Below, piece by piece: positions 8,182 through 19,836 of a stretch of 64,000 nt of DNA. The position numbers and the translations under genes are program-made. Numbering within the stretch: position 1 is the first letter of the stretch; each line of letters begins with the position of its first letter. The stretch is from contig JBCBZT010000006.1 in NCBI GenBank assembly GCA_039815185.1, positions 128,001 to 192,000 of the forward strand, written 5' to 3'. The DNA comes from Cyanobacteria bacterium P01_A01_bin.123 (GTDB lineage: Bacteria; Cyanobacteriota; Cyanobacteriia; Phormidesmidales; Phormidesmidaceae). Below the pieces are notes generated by a model, which was not told the DNA's origin, did not search any database, and saw only the letters and a program-made list of their open reading frames with translations.

Positions 8182-10539
8182 ATGACAACGAGTCCTCCGG
8201 AGCAACGGCAACGGGCTAAGGTTGTTGTCGACAACAATCCGGTTCCCACCTCGTTTGAGCCGTGGGCAAAGCCGGGGCATTTCGAGCGTACCCTAGCACG
8301 GGGTCCCAAAACCACGACCTGGATTTGGGATCTGCATGCCGATGCCCATGATTTTGATACCCATACTGGTGATTTAGAAGATATTTCTCGCAAAATCTTT
8401 TCTGCTCATTTTGGCCATTTGGCCGTCGTCTTTATTTGGCTGAGCGGCATGTATTTCCATGGTGCTCGCTTTTCCAACTTTTCCGCTTGGATGGCTGATC
8501 CCATCAATGTTAAGCCCAGTGCCCAAGTGGTCTGGCCGATTGTCGGCCAAGATATCCTCAACGCTGATGTGGGAGGCGGTTTCCGGGGGATTCAAATTAC
8601 CTCTGGACTGTTTCAAATGTGGCGCGGCGCTGGGTTTACCCATGAATTTCAGTTGTTTTGGACTGCCATTGGTGCCCTGGTGATGGCAGCCCTGATGCTG
8701 TTTGCTGGGTGGTTCCATTACCACGTTCGTGCTCCCAAGCTGGAATGGTTCCGCAACTGGGAATCAATGATGAACCACCACCTAGCCGGACTCCTGGGTA
8801 TGGGTAGTCTGGGTTGGGCTGGGCATTTGATTCATGTGTCGTTACCAACCAACAAACTGCTCGATGCGGGTGTGCCGTTGCGAGATATTCCGTTACCCCA
8901 CGAGTTTATTCTTGATAAAAGCTTGATGGCCGATCTGTATCCCAGTTTTGCCGAGGGTTTGAAGCCATTTTTTACGCTCAACTGGTCGGTTTATGCAGAT
9001 TTCTTGACCTTCAAGGGGGGGCTCAACCCGATCACGGGCGGTTTGTGGATGACCGATATTGCCCATCATCATGTGGCGATCGCCGTGCTATTTATTGTTG
9101 CCGGGCATTTTTACCGCACCAATTGGGGCATTGGTCACAGCTTCCGGGAACTACTGGATGATGCCAGAACTCCCAAAATGCTGCCAATCTTTAACTTTAT
9201 TGGCCCGGTCGGGCATCGAGGGCTCGATAAAATCTTTGAAACCTCTTGGCATGCCAATTTGGCCATTCACCTAGTGCAGTTTGGCACGGCTAGCCTATTG
9301 GTGGCACACCACATGTATGCCATGCCGCCTTATCCCTATCTGGCCACCGACTATGCCACTGTCACGTCCCTATTTACCCACCACGTCTGGATTGCAGGCT
9401 TCTGCATTGTGGGTGGTGCTGCCCACGCGGCGATCTTCTTCGTCCGCGACTACAACCCCGCCGACCATGTCAACAATGTTCTCGATCGGGTGTTGCGCCA
9501 CCGGGATGCCATTATCTCTCACTTAGCCTGGGTCTGTCAGTTTCTGGGCTTCCATAGCTTTGCGATGTACTGTCACAACGACACCATGCGAGCCTTTGGT
9601 CGCCCCCAAGACATGTTTTCAGATACTGGGATTCAGCTGCAGCCCATTTTTGCCCAGTGGATACAGCAGATTCACACCATGGCGGTGGGCAATCCAGTTC
9701 TGCAAGCGGCTGAACCCCTGGGTAATGTGTTTGGGGGGCTACGCAATATTGAGCTATCGGGTCTGGGCACCACGGTACCCAATGTCGCGGCACCGATCAG
9801 CCATGCCTTTGGTGGAAGCGTTGTGGCCGTTGGTGGCAAGGTTGCCATGATGCCTATCCATCTGGGCACAGCGGATTTCCTGATCCACCATATCCACGCG
9901 TTTACCATTCACGTCACGGTGCTGGTGTTGCTCAAAGGGGTACTGTTTGCCCGCAGCTCTCGGTTAATTCCCGATAAGGGCGAACTGGGTTTCCGCTTCC
10001 CGTGTGACGGTCCGGGGCGTGGCGGTACCTGTCAGGTCTCTGCTTGGGATCATGTGTTCTTGGGGTTGTTTTGGATGTACAACTCCCTATCGATTGTGAT
10101 TTTTCACTTCTTTTGGAAAATGCAGTCGGACGTTTGGGGCACGGTGAACGCCGACGGGTCAATTTCCCACATTACGGCGGGCAACTTTGCCACGTCATCG
10201 ATTACTAACAATGGCTGGCTACGAGACTTCCTTTGGGCGCAGGCGTCTCAAGTGATTGGCTCCTATGGGTCTGCCCTTTCCGCCTACGGGTTGATGTTCT
10301 TAGCCGGACACTTTGTTTTTGGCTTCAGTCTGATGTTCTTGTTTAGCGGCCGCGGCTACTGGCAAGAGCTGATTGAATCGATCGTTTGGGCCCACAACAA
10401 GCTAAGGATTACGACGGCGATTCAACCCCGAGCCTTGAGCATTACCCAGGGTCGCGCCGTGGGGGTTGCTCACTACCTGTTGGGCGGCATTGTCACCACC
10501 TGGGCATTCTTCCTGGCCCGAATGGTAGCGGTGGGCTGA
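8182..10539 (+). CDS. psaA2: Far-red PSI core protein PsaA2
   Basis: PsaA sequence with [12 protein letters not shown]x motif, [11 protein letters not shown] and a lumenal insertion. ATG 8182 follows GGAGG. Confidence 0.97.
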   Translation: MTTSPPEQRQRAKVVVDNNPVPTSFEPWAKPGHFERTLARGPKTTTWIWDLHADAHDFDTHTGDLEDISRKIFSAHFGHLAVVFIWLSGMYFHGARFSNFSAWMADPINVKPSAQVVWPIVGQDILNADVGGGFRGIQITSGLFQMWRGAGFTHEFQLFWTAIGALVMAALMLFAGWFHYHVRAPKLEWFRNWESMMNHHLAGLLGMGSLGWAGHLIHVSLPTNKLLDAGVPLRDIPLPHEFILDKSLMADLYPSFAEGLKPFFTLNWSVYADFLTFKGGLNPITGGLWMTDIAHHHVAIAVLFIVAGHFYRTNWGIGHSFRELLDDARTPKMLPIFNFIGPVGHRGLDKIFETSWHANLAIHLVQFGTASLLVAHHMYAMPPYPYLATDYATVTSLFTHHVWIAGFCIVGGAAHAAIFFVRDYNPADHVNNVLDRVLRHRDAIISHLAWVCQFLGFHSFAMYCHNDTMRAFGRPQDMFSDTGIQLQPIFAQWIQQIHTMAVGNPVLQAAEPLGNVFGGLRNIELSGLGTTVPNVAAPISHAFGGSVVAVGGKVAMMPIHLGTADFLIHHIHAFTIHVTVLVLLKGVLFARSSRLIPDKGELGFRFPCDGPGRGGTCQVSAWDHVFLGLFWMYNSLSIVIFHFFWKMQSDVWGTVNADGSISHITAGNFATSSITNNGWLRDFLWAQASQVIGSYGSALSAYGLMFLAGHFVFGFSLMFLFSGRGYWQELIESIVWAHNKLRITTAIQPRALSITQGRAVGVAHYLLGGIVTTWAFFLARMVAVG

Positions 10540-10578
10540 CGACTGGGGTTCATGCCCCCATCGCCCCTCTCTTAAAAC

Positions 10579-10611
10579 GGTGGATTGAGATGGCAAACCC
10601 CTCAATCCACC
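10579..10611 (+). other. Intercistronic stem-loop psaA2/psaB2
   Basis: GGTGGATTGAG...CTCAATCCACC 11-bp inverted repeat, no U-tract. Confidence 0.55.
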
Positions 10612-10659
10612 CCAGTGCTTTACATCTCTAACTCATCATTGAAAATTCAATTTTGAACC

Positions 10660-12891
10660 ATGGCGACAAAATTTCCGAAATTTAGTCAGGATTTGCAGCA
10701 AGATCCGACCACCCGTCGGCTCTTCTATGCGATCGCCACGGCCCATGATTTTGAAAGCCACGATGGGATGACGGAGGAAAATCTTTATCAAAAGATTTTT
10801 GCGTCCCACTTTGGTCATCTTGCCATTATCTTTTTATGGATTTCTGGCATTTTGTTTCATGTGGCCTGGCAGGGCAACTTCGAGCAGTGGATTCAAGATC
10901 CGCTGAATACTTCACCCATTGCCCACGCCATCTGGGATCCCCAGTTTGGCCCTGATGCCATTGAAGCGTATACCCAGGCTGGTGCCTTTAACCCGGTGGA
11001 TATCTGTTACTCCGGGGTCTATCACTGGTGGTATACCATTGGCATGCGCACCAACAATGATTTATTTGTTGGGGCGATGTTTTTACTGCTGCTAGCGGCA
11101 GTGATGCTTTATGCCGGATGGCTACATTTGCAACCCCGGTTCCGTCCCGGCCTAAGCTGGTTCAAGAATGCGGAATCTCGTCTAAACCACCACTTGGCGG
11201 GTTTATTTGGGGTGAGCGCTTTGGCTTGGACCGGACACTTGGTTCACGTTGCGATTCCCGAATCACGAGGCCAACATATCGGGTGGAACAATTTTCTCTC
11301 TGTTGCCCCCCATCCCGCCGGACTGACGCCGTTCTTCACGGGGAACTGGGGCGTTTATGCCCAAAATCCAGATACGGCAGAACACCTATTTGGCACGACT
11401 CAGGGATCTGGCACCGCGATTTTGACTTTTTTAGGGGGCTTCCATCCCCAAACTGAGTCTTTGTGGCTGACCGATATGGCCCATCACCACTTGGCGATCG
11501 CGGTCATCTTTATCATCGCGGGCCACATGTACCGCACCAACTTTGGCATCGGTCACAGCATCAAAGAAATGACCGATGCCCTGCAAGGGCCGGGTTGGAA
11601 AGGCTTCTTCATTGCCCCCCGAACTGGGCGCGGGCACCAAGGCATCTATGACACCTACAACAACTCTCTGCACTTTCAACTGGGGTGGCATCTGGCTTGT
11701 CTAGGTGTGGCCTGTTCGTTGGTGGCGCAGCATATGTATTCCATGCCACCCTATGCCTTTTTGTCTCGGGACTACACCACAATGTCGGCCCTCTACACCC
11801 ATCACCAGTACATCGCTGGATTTTTGATGGTGGGTGCCTTTGCCCATGGGGCGATTTTCTTGGTGCGAGACTATGACCCAGAAGCGAACAAAGATAATGT
11901 GCTGGCGCGGGTGCTCGATCACAAAGAAGCGATCATTTCTCACCTAAGTTGGGTATCTTTATTCCTCGGTTTTCACACTCTGGGCATCTATGTTCACAAC
12001 GACTGCGAGGTGGCCTTCGGTAGCCCTGACAAGCAGATTTTGGTTGAGCCTGTCTTTGCCCAATGGATTCAAGCCTTCCACGGCAAAGCTCTTTACGGCA
12101 TTAATTCACTGCTGTCTAATCCGGACAGTATTGCCACAACGGCTTGGCCCAATCACGCCAATGTCTGGCTGCCCAACTGGGTAGAGGCGATCAATAGCGG
12201 TACGAACTCGCTGTTTCTTACCATTGGCCCCGGAGATTTTCTGGTTCACCACGCGATCGCCCTCGGTCTGCATGTCACTACCCTAATCTTGGTGAAAGGG
12301 GCGCTGGATGCGCGCGGATCTAAGCTGATGCCGGACAAAAAAGACTTTGGCTACAGCTTTCCTTGTGATGGTCCCGGTCGTGGCGGCACCTGCGATATTT
12401 CCGCCTGGGATTCTTTCTATCTAGCCATGTTTTGGATGCTAAATTCCATGGGCTGGATCACCTTCTACTGGCATTGGAAGCACCTGGCCATCTGGGGCGG
12501 CAATGTTGCCCAGTTTAATGAAAGCTCAACCTATCTGATGGGCTGGTTCCGCGACTATTTATGGCTCAACTCGTCCCAGCTGATTAACGGCTACAGTCCA
12601 TACGGCACCAACAGTCTTGCAGTCTGGGCCTGGATGTTCTTATTTGGGCATTTAGCTTGGGCCGTCAGCTTCATGTTCTTGATCACCTGGCGGGGCTATT
12701 GGCAAGAGCTGATTGAAACCCTGCTGTGGGCCCATGAAAGTACACCGTTGTCCTTTGGCTATCCCAAAGATAAACCCGTTGCCCTGTCGATTGTGCAGGC
12801 TCGACTGGTGGGACTGACCCATTTCACGGTCGGCTACATTGCCACCTATGGCGCATTCCTAATTGCGTCAACGTCCAGCCGATTTCCGTGA
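10660..12891 (+). CDS. psaB2: Far-red PSI core protein PsaB2
   Basis: [12 protein letters not shown] start, [15 protein letters not shown]; FaRLiP context. Confidence 0.97.
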   Translation: MATKFPKFSQDLQQDPTTRRLFYAIATAHDFESHDGMTEENLYQKIFASHFGHLAIIFLWISGILFHVAWQGNFEQWIQDPLNTSPIAHAIWDPQFGPDAIEAYTQAGAFNPVDICYSGVYHWWYTIGMRTNNDLFVGAMFLLLLAAVMLYAGWLHLQPRFRPGLSWFKNAESRLNHHLAGLFGVSALAWTGHLVHVAIPESRGQHIGWNNFLSVAPHPAGLTPFFTGNWGVYAQNPDTAEHLFGTTQGSGTAILTFLGGFHPQTESLWLTDMAHHHLAIAVIFIIAGHMYRTNFGIGHSIKEMTDALQGPGWKGFFIAPRTGRGHQGIYDTYNNSLHFQLGWHLACLGVACSLVAQHMYSMPPYAFLSRDYTTMSALYTHHQYIAGFLMVGAFAHGAIFLVRDYDPEANKDNVLARVLDHKEAIISHLSWVSLFLGFHTLGIYVHNDCEVAFGSPDKQILVEPVFAQWIQAFHGKALYGINSLLSNPDSIATTAWPNHANVWLPNWVEAINSGTNSLFLTIGPGDFLVHHAIALGLHVTTLILVKGALDARGSKLMPDKKDFGYSFPCDGPGRGGTCDISAWDSFYLAMFWMLNSMGWITFYWHWKHLAIWGGNVAQFNESSTYLMGWFRDYLWLNSSQLINGYSPYGTNSLAVWAWMFLFGHLAWAVSFMFLITWRGYWQELIETLLWAHESTPLSFGYPKDKPVALSIVQARLVGLTHFTVGYIATYGAFLIASTSSRFP

Positions 12892-13069
12892 CCCAGCCTT
12901 GGCCAGGGTGAATATGGAACTGGCCAGATTGCTTAATATACCTAGAATCGCTGGGATACCCAGCATATAAGCAATCTGGCTCACCGTAGCTCACACAGCT
13001 TTGTGGTTACGGCGATACCAGCAACTTTCACCCCGGCCTTCAATCTGCGGACTCTCCTCGTCCCAGACT

Positions 13070-13104
13070 AGTCCTGGTCGAGGTTCAGCGACCAGGACTT
13101 TTTT
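13070..13104 (+). terminator. Intrinsic terminator-like hairpin between psaB2 and psaL2
   Basis: AGTCCTGGTCG-loop-CGACCAGGACT followed by a T run. Confidence 0.65.
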
Positions 13105-13129
13105 CAACATTACGCTGCGAGGTAAAACA

Positions 13130-13699
13130 ATGACCTCTACTCAAAACCCGGCTTGGGCCGATGCCTATACCCAGGAAGATCCCATCCAACCCTATTTAGG
13201 GGATCCCCAGCTAGGCAATCTGGCGACCCCTTTGAATAGCTCTAGCTTAGTCAAGGCTTACATCAACAACTTGCCTGCCTACCGCTCTGGGTTATCACCT
13301 TTCCTGAGGGGATTAGAAATTGGCATGGCCCATGGCTATTTTTTGGTGGGGCCAGAAGTCGTGGTTGGTCCCCTGCGAGAAACTGCCCATGGAGCCAATC
13401 TGAGCGGTTTGATTACCGCCATCTATATCACCGCATCGGCTTGTCTCGGCATTTCCATTTTTGCCCTGGCAACCTTTCAGGGTGACCCCCGGGGAGCCTA
13501 TAACTCTCGCTCCAAAGACCGATTGCGTCCCCTACGCAACAAAGAAGACTGGTTTCAACTTTGTGCTGGCATTTTGCTGGGGTCAATGGGGGGAGCCATC
13601 TTTGCCTATCTGCTGCTAGAAAATTTTGGCGATCTAGATGCCATTTTGAGGGGGGCTGTCAATGTTAGTCAAGCGGTCTTCTCAGGCGGCATTGGATAG
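13130..13699 (+). CDS. psaL2: Far-red PSI subunit PsaL2
   Basis: GNLATPLNSS, NLPAYRSGLSPFLRGLEIGMAHGYFL. Start set to ATG 13130 after GAGG. Confidence 0.94.
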   Translation: MTSTQNPAWADAYTQEDPIQPYLGDPQLGNLATPLNSSSLVKAYINNLPAYRSGLSPFLRGLEIGMAHGYFLVGPEVVVGPLRETAHGANLSGLITAIYITASACLGISIFALATFQGDPRGAYNSRSKDRLRPLRNKEDWFQLCAGILLGSMGGAIFAYLLLENFGDLDAILRGAVNVSQAVFSGGIG

Positions 13700-13750
13700 G
13701 GACAGCAGTAGCGACGAACATCCAATTTACCCCAAAGAGGAAGACCCATT

Positions 13751-13969
13751 ATGGCCGACATGACTCAACTCACCGGAGCCTACGCGGCTCCCTGGTTACC
13801 GTGGATTATGATTCCACTCATTTTTTACATTCTTCCCTTTCCCGTTTTCGCCATCGTGTTTCTTTGGATCGAACGAGAAGGCGAAAGACAAGGGGCTATG
13901 GGACAAGACGCCTCGCCCCAATCATCAGCATCGCCATCTGACCCTATGGGGGCCACACCAACCTCGTAA
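13751..13969 (+). CDS. psaI2: Far-red PSI subunit PsaI2
   Basis: GAYAAPWLPWIMIPL...FLWIE single TM helix with low-complexity C-tail; follows psaL2. Confidence 0.9.
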   Translation: MADMTQLTGAYAAPWLPWIMIPLIFYILPFPVFAIVFLWIEREGERQGAMGQDASPQSSASPSDPMGATPTS

Positions 13970-14038
13970 TAAGGTCATAGATGGGCTGCGTCGCTCATCT
14001 TGTTTAGAACACGTTGCAGCTTTTTAGGAAACAATCCC

Positions 14039-14521
14039 ATGCGAAAGCTATTTGCAATCTTATTGCTGATTGTGCTCTGGGTTGGCGTTATGCCGCCAGC
14101 CTTGGCCGCATCAGATACCCATTTGATCCCCTGTCAAGAATCTGCTGCGTTTCAAGCGCGCCAACAGACTGCCCCAAAAAATTACTATTTCGATCAACCC
14201 TTGCAAACCTACTCATCTAACCTCCTGTGCGGTGAAGATGGCTTACCCCATTTGCAACTGCGGTTTGATCGGGCCATTGATATAGTGATTCCCTTCGCTA
14301 TTTTCTTTTACTTTGCTGGATTTGTGGGTTGGTCAGGTCGAGCCTATTTGATTGGCAGTAAACAAGCGTCTAAACCCGAGGAGGCGGAAATTTTTATTGA
14401 TATCCCGCTGGCAATTCGGTCGTTTACCCAGGGCTTACTGTGGCCGCTACTGGCGGTCAAAGAATTCAATACCGGGGAGTTAACGGTCAAAGAGAGTGAA
14501 CTTTCAGTGTCCCCTCGGTAA
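14039..14521 (+). CDS. psaF2: Far-red PSI subunit PsaF2
   Basis: Signal peptide, LIPCQES, LCGEDGLPHL, GWSGRAYL, C-terminal VSPR. Start set to ATG 14039. Confidence 0.94.
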   Translation: MRKLFAILLLIVLWVGVMPPALAASDTHLIPCQESAAFQARQQTAPKNYYFDQPLQTYSSNLLCGEDGLPHLQLRFDRAIDIVIPFAIFFYFAGFVGWSGRAYLIGSKQASKPEEAEIFIDIPLAIRSFTQGLLWPLLAVKEFNTGELTVKESELSVSPR

Positions 14522-14621
14522 TGTTGGGAAGGCTTGGGGCGTTACAGCAATATCTAAACGCATCCTAAACATCTGAACTTTTTTCAGCCATTCAAAACCG
14601 CCAAATCAATCTGGAGATGCT

Positions 14622-14762
14622 ATGCAATATTTAATGAAATATTTGACCAGTGCCCCAATTATGGCTGCGCTAGCTTTAATTTTTCTGTCCGGGATAATGA
14701 TTGAACTGAATCGAATTTTTCCCGGTTTACAGTATGGCACCTATTTTCACGGCGGGCCTTAA
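14622..14762 (+). CDS. psaJ2: Far-red PSI subunit PsaJ2 (46 aa, not in ORF track)
   Basis: Manual translation MQYLMKYLTSAPIMAALALIFLSGIMIELNRIFPGLQYGTYFHGGP; GGAG RBS. Confidence 0.93.
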   Translation: MQYLMKYLTSAPIMAALALIFLSGIMIELNRIFPGLQYGTYFHGGP

Positions 14763-15251
14763 GGATTCATAGTCCTGCCATAGCCATGTCAATTGCAGCC
14801 ATTAGAGCGTGTCAGCCATTAAACGCCAAACGCTTTATGGCTGGTCCAGCTCAACGAGCTAGGGGCTGTCACCGCTGCTCTCAAAGCAATAAACACTCTA
14901 ATTGATGACAGCTTCTAGTCATGGGCGCTCAAATATGCGCCCTTATCAACGCTTTGTGCGCACATTAAACCGATGCTTCATAACCTAATTTCAACGTATT
15001 TCAGTTAAGTTTTAGAACCAAAATTTTGACTTTAAACCGCGTCCACAACGGCCTTTTTTGAGCCGATCAGGACACTGAAACAGAGGTTAACTTTTATAAA
15101 CTTTGATAAAATATTGATTAATGTTCATTACAACTGCTTATCATATCTATACTGTTTTCTCATAATTTGTAGGGTGTCACCCAGCATCCGGCCTTTCAAG
15201 ACACGCCTTTTGTATTCGCTAATAAGACGCTATTTATCCAGGCAATAAAGT

Positions 15252-17219
15252 ATGAGGATTCTACTTGTTGACGACGATGAGTCAGTTGCCAAAGTTCTTA
15301 AAAAAGTTCTGACTGATGGGCACTACGCTGTGGACGTTGCTCACGATGGTCAAGCGGGTTGGCAGTTGGTCAACAGCTTTGACTATGACTTGATTGTGCT
15401 AGATGTCGTGCTGCCCAAGTTAGATGGCTTTGAATTTTGCCGTCGCCTCCGCGAGAAGTCTTATAGTATGCCTGTGCTGTTAGTGACTGCACTTGATTCG
15501 AGTACTAAGAAAATTACGGGACTCAATGCTGGGGCAGACGATTACATCACTAAACCTTTTGAATGTGAAGAATTGCTGGCTCGCGTCCGGGTCCTTTTGC
15601 GACGCGTTCAAGCGCCCGTTCTATCAACATTAGAATCGGGTGAATTACGCTTAGATCTGAATAGCCGGGAGGTGACTTATGGTAAGTTCTGCCTGAATCT
15701 GACGCCTAAAGAATATGGCCTGCTTGAATTATTTTTGCGCAATCCATCTCAGGTATTTAGCCGGGGCGCAATTTTAGATAATCTTTGGAGCTGTAGTGAA
15801 GCACCGGGCGAAGATACGGTGACAGCCCATATCAAAGGGCTCAGGCGTAAGTTGACCGATGCGGGTGCGCCAAACGATTTGATTAAAACGGTGTACGGTG
15901 TCGGCTACCGCCTTAAACCTGCCGCACTGACTGGGTCTGAAACCGATTCTGAACAAGCGACGCCAGTGTCTGCTGTAGCGCCTGAGTCGAAGCTGGCGAC
16001 CACCTCCCAAAAAACTAAAGCCGCGTTGGCGGCGCTTTGGCATTCAACTCAATTTCAACAAATTGAACGGTTGACTGTCCTCAAGCAAACGGTTCGTGCT
16101 TTGCAACGTCAACAGCTTACCGATGACCTACGGCAAGCCGCGATTCGGGCCACCCATAGCTTAGCGGGGTCGCTGGGCGTATTTGGTCTGAGTTCGGGAT
16201 CTGACCTGGCTCGAGCGATTGAGCAAATTTTGCAGGGCGATGCTCCCATTCATCCCGATGACCAAAAACAGCTGTTTAAGCTGGTCAAAGCTTTAGCCAC
16301 GGAGATAGAGCAGGCGCTACATCAACCTGAAGCAGTCCCACCGGGTTTAGTCTCTCCACCATTAGTGATTGTTGACGATAATTTGCTGCTGCAACAGCAA
16401 TTGACCCAAGCGGTTCAGACTCAGGGCTTAACCGTACGGGTTGTTGACCAGGTTGGGGTACTGCAAGCCCTGCGATCGCAGTTGGATGTCATCAAAAGGA
16501 GAGCTATCCCCCCTAACCACCCAGATAAGCCAAAGTCAGACAGGCCAGAGGTCGAGACATCTCTACCCGATGTGGTGGTGTTTGACGTATCTTTGGCAAG
16601 TCTCGATGATGCTGAACTCAAGCAACTATCGCAGCTGATTAATCAAGTGCCGCCCATGCTCTTGATCGTGGGGAGTGCCGATGGGAGTTTGGCCAATCGG
16701 ATTAGAACGGCTCAATTGGGCAGCCATTCTTTTCTTCACAATCCTGATGTAGCTACCCTGCTGAACAGTGTATTGAAGGTGCGATCGCGCCTTCAACATC
16801 CTGCTAATAAAGTGTTAGCGGTAGATGACGACCCCCAGATTTTGAATGCCCTGCGGGCTCGATTGGAACCCCAGGGGTTAGAACTGGTCACCCTAGATCA
16901 TCCCCTTGAGTTTTGGCCCACCCTCCAAGCTTCGGCTCCAGATCTCTTGCTGCTTGATATTGAAATGCCCAAATTTGATGGTCTCGAACTTTGTCGGGCA
17001 GTCCGTCAAGCGCCCGTTTGGAATCAGTTGCCGATTGTATTTTTTACAGCCCACGGCGATGCCACGACCAAAGCCGCCGCACTCCAAGCAGGGGCCAACG
17101 ATTTGGTCGAAAAATCTTTGATCGATGCAGATTTGCTCAGTCGGCTTTGCGATCAACTCAAGCGATCGCAGTTGCAACAGGCTATGACTGCGATCGCGGA
17201 TAGCCATTTTTCTAATTAA
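15252..17219 (+). CDS. rfpB: FaRLiP transcriptional activator RfpB (REC-winged helix-Hpt-REC-REC)
   Basis: OmpR-type REC and wHTH (IKTVYGVGY), Hpt (ATHSLAGSLG), C-terminal receiver domains; precedes rfpA. Confidence 0.93.
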   Translation: MRILLVDDDESVAKVLKKVLTDGHYAVDVAHDGQAGWQLVNSFDYDLIVLDVVLPKLDGFEFCRRLREKSYSMPVLLVTALDSSTKKITGLNAGADDYITKPFECEELLARVRVLLRRVQAPVLSTLESGELRLDLNSREVTYGKFCLNLTPKEYGLLELFLRNPSQVFSRGAILDNLWSCSEAPGEDTVTAHIKGLRRKLTDAGAPNDLIKTVYGVGYRLKPAALTGSETDSEQATPVSAVAPESKLATTSQKTKAALAALWHSTQFQQIERLTVLKQTVRALQRQQLTDDLRQAAIRATHSLAGSLGVFGLSSGSDLARAIEQILQGDAPIHPDDQKQLFKLVKALATEIEQALHQPEAVPPGLVSPPLVIVDDNLLLQQQLTQAVQTQGLTVRVVDQVGVLQALRSQLDVIKRRAIPPNHPDKPKSDRPEVETSLPDVVVFDVSLASLDDAELKQLSQLINQVPPMLLIVGSADGSLANRIRTAQLGSHSFLHNPDVATLLNSVLKVRSRLQHPANKVLAVDDDPQILNALRARLEPQGLELVTLDHPLEFWPTLQASAPDLLLLDIEMPKFDGLELCRAVRQAPVWNQLPIVFFTAHGDATTKAAALQAGANDLVEKSLIDADLLSRLCDQLKRSQLQQAMTAIADSHFSN

Positions 17220-17274
17220 CTGCCCAGCGATCAGATCTGCTTACCTCCAAAATGCCTAATGCCCAATTTTTGCT

Positions 17275-19836
17275 ATGCCCCTACAATCATCTGACTCAAT
17301 CAAAACCCCGGAGGTGCTGCTGCATCGGATGACCGATCGCATCCGCCAATCTATTGAGTTGCCTGAGATTCTAAATGCAACCGTCGATGAGATGCGCCGT
17401 TTTCTAGGTACCGACCGGGTTAAAGTTTACCGATTTCACGACGACAATAGCGGCGAAGTGGTTGCAGAGGCTATTCGAGATCAACACTTGCCATCGCTGT
17501 TAGGGCATCGCTTTCCGGCAGAAGACATTCCAGAACATGCCCGTGAGCTGTTCCTCGTGGCTCGTCAACGCACGATTGTCAATGTTGCCAAAAAAGAGAT
17601 TGGCATCAGCCCCCTGCTTTGCCATAAAACCCAAGCCCCTTTGGCCACCAGCGTTTGGTTTCGCCCCGTCGATCCGTGCCATATCGAATACTTAATGGCC
17701 ATGGGGGTACAGTCATCCTTAGTCGTGCCCATTCTGCATCGTCATCAGCTTTGGGGTCTGCTCGTTGCCCATCACCGGATTCCGCATCGTTTCAGCCGCA
17801 AAGAATTGGAAGTGGTTCAGCTGATTGCCAACCAGGTTGCCGTCGCCATCAGCCACGCTAATCTACTGCAATTAACCCGCCTACAGGGACAACACGAAGC
17901 TGTCATCAATCAAGTGGTCTCACTGCTGCACTCCACCACCCCAGATCCGTTACAAAAAGCATTAGATCAAATCGTCACCACGTTGCAATGCATTGGTGGG
18001 CGAATCTACATATCGGCAGGCAGTTTAGCGTCAACTGCCCAGCTAATCACCAATGGTGTTCAACCTGAACTGTCCAAAACCAAAATAGCTGGTCGTCGGC
18101 AGTCCACTCCAACACTCATCTTAGAGCAGTGCCCTGACTGGGCAAACTGGCTTGAGGCCGAAACTCCTAAGCAGTTGGTTAACCAACTTTGGGCAATTGC
18201 CGATATCAAGCAGACGCAGCTTTCATGGCCAGCCGTATCTGCTTTGATAGCCAAACACATTCGGGGGGTTTTGGTAGCCAGGCTAACCCATCGGAATCGA
18301 TTTCTAGGATATTTGACCCTATTTCGCCAATCTATTGATGTTGAAACCATTTGGGCCGGTCGCCTAGATCCTGTTGACCCGCGCAATCGTCGTCCCCGTC
18401 AGTCCTTCGAAACTTGGCGTGAACTCAAACGGGGACAGGCCCATCCTTGGGCGGCTCGGGAAATTGGGCTTGTCCAAGAGTTGGCTGATCGATTAGCGTC
18501 CGTGATTTACCAAACCCAACTCTACCAAGAAATTCAGGTCCTTAATGCTGACTTAGAACAGCGCGTGATGCAGCGCACGACTGAGCTACAACAACTCAAC
18601 GAAAATTTAAAACAAGAAATTGTAGAGCGAGAGCAGGCCCTGATTGAACTTCAGCAAGCTCGGGATTCGCTTAAACGCCTTAGTCATCAAAATGAGCTCA
18701 TTCTGAATTCTGCGGGAGAAGGCATTTATGGCATTGATGCCAACGGTCAGACAGTCTTTGTCAATCCGGCTGCTGTCAGACTATTGGGCTATGCCAAGGA
18801 GGAGCTGATCGAGCAATTTATGCACGATCTCCTCAATCACTCTATGTCAGATGGAACGCCCTATGGGTGGCAACAAAGCCCAATTTTCAAAACCTTAACG
18901 CATGGCCAAACCCACCATATTACCGGAGACTTATGGGAGCGGAAAGATGGGTTCCAATTTCCCACAGAGTACGTTAGCACCTCAATTCGCGAAAATAGCA
19001 ACATCATCGGGGCAGTGGTCATCTTCAAAGACATTACTGAGCGGCAGGTGATTGAGTCGATGAAAGATGAATTTATTGCTGTTGTTAGCCATGAACTCAG
19101 AACACCGCTCACATCTATTCGAACAGCCTTAGGGTTGTTAGCTCAAGAAGGCTTAGACATTCCCTCGCCAAAGCGTCAACGGATGGTGGAAATTGCTTCC
19201 TCAAATACTAATCGTCTGGTTAGATTGGTCAATGACATCCTAGATGTTGAACGGATGAAATTGGGTAAAATTACGCTCAACAAAAAAACCTGTAATTTGG
19301 CCGATATTATGTCTCAAGCTGCCGATGAGATGCAGGCCATGGCAGAAAATCATGATATCTACCTGTCGATTTGCCCCCTTTCAACACAGCTATGGGCAGA
19401 CCCAGATCGGATTATCCAAACGCTAACCAATTTACTCAGTAATGCGATCAAATTCTCCACAGCTGGCTCAAAGGTAGACCTTAGTGCTCAAAAGGTTGAT
19501 TCAAGTAATGCAGGGCTGCTGAAAGAAGCACTCAGCCATCAAGGCCGAGCCGCAATTCAGGCTGGTTTGGATATTGCAGAAACGGTGCTGCTTATCCAGG
19601 TTAGTGACCAAGGACAGGGGATTCCCAAAAACAAACTTGAAGCTATTTTTGGACGCTTTGAGCAACTCAATGTTTCAAACACGAGTCACCAAGGGGGCAC
19701 AGGGCTAGGCCTTGCCATCTGTCGCAGCATTGTTCAACAGCATGACGGCAAAATCTGGGCGCAGAGTTCTGTTGGCACGGGCAGCACATTTTACTTGACG
19801 CTACCGATACAACCTGAGGCACACCTAAATGGATAG
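17275..19836 (+). CDS. rfpA: Knotless red/far-red phytochrome histidine kinase RfpA
   Basis: GAF with EDIP and VDPCH (bilin Cys), PHY tongue PRQSFETW, PAS, HisKA (SHELRTPL), HATPase (GTGLGL). Confidence 0.95.
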   Translation: MPLQSSDSIKTPEVLLHRMTDRIRQSIELPEILNATVDEMRRFLGTDRVKVYRFHDDNSGEVVAEAIRDQHLPSLLGHRFPAEDIPEHARELFLVARQRTIVNVAKKEIGISPLLCHKTQAPLATSVWFRPVDPCHIEYLMAMGVQSSLVVPILHRHQLWGLLVAHHRIPHRFSRKELEVVQLIANQVAVAISHANLLQLTRLQGQHEAVINQVVSLLHSTTPDPLQKALDQIVTTLQCIGGRIYISAGSLASTAQLITNGVQPELSKTKIAGRRQSTPTLILEQCPDWANWLEAETPKQLVNQLWAIADIKQTQLSWPAVSALIAKHIRGVLVARLTHRNRFLGYLTLFRQSIDVETIWAGRLDPVDPRNRRPRQSFETWRELKRGQAHPWAAREIGLVQELADRLASVIYQTQLYQEIQVLNADLEQRVMQRTTELQQLNENLKQEIVEREQALIELQQARDSLKRLSHQNELILNSAGEGIYGIDANGQTVFVNPAAVRLLGYAKEELIEQFMHDLLNHSMSDGTPYGWQQSPIFKTLTHGQTHHITGDLWERKDGFQFPTEYVSTSIRENSNIIGAVVIFKDITERQVIESMKDEFIAVVSHELRTPLTSIRTALGLLAQEGLDIPSPKRQRMVEIASSNTNRLVRLVNDILDVERMKLGKITLNKKTCNLADIMSQAADEMQAMAENHDIYLSICPLSTQLWADPDRIIQTLTNLLSNAIKFSTAGSKVDLSAQKVDSSNAGLLKEALSHQGRAAIQAGLDIAETVLLIQVSDQGQGIPKNKLEAIFGRFEQLNVSNTSHQGGTGLGLAICRSIVQQHDGKIWAQSSVGTGSTFYLTLPIQPEAHLNG

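Noticed and set aside
13001..13129. N-terminal extension of PsaL2 from the ORF track
   Set aside because: TTG start without RBS and spans a terminator hairpin; ATG 13130 has an RBS.
14976..15003. Fourth RfpB box upstream of rfpB
   Set aside because: YTTCA copies are 13 and 10 bp apart and lack the GGTT spacer.
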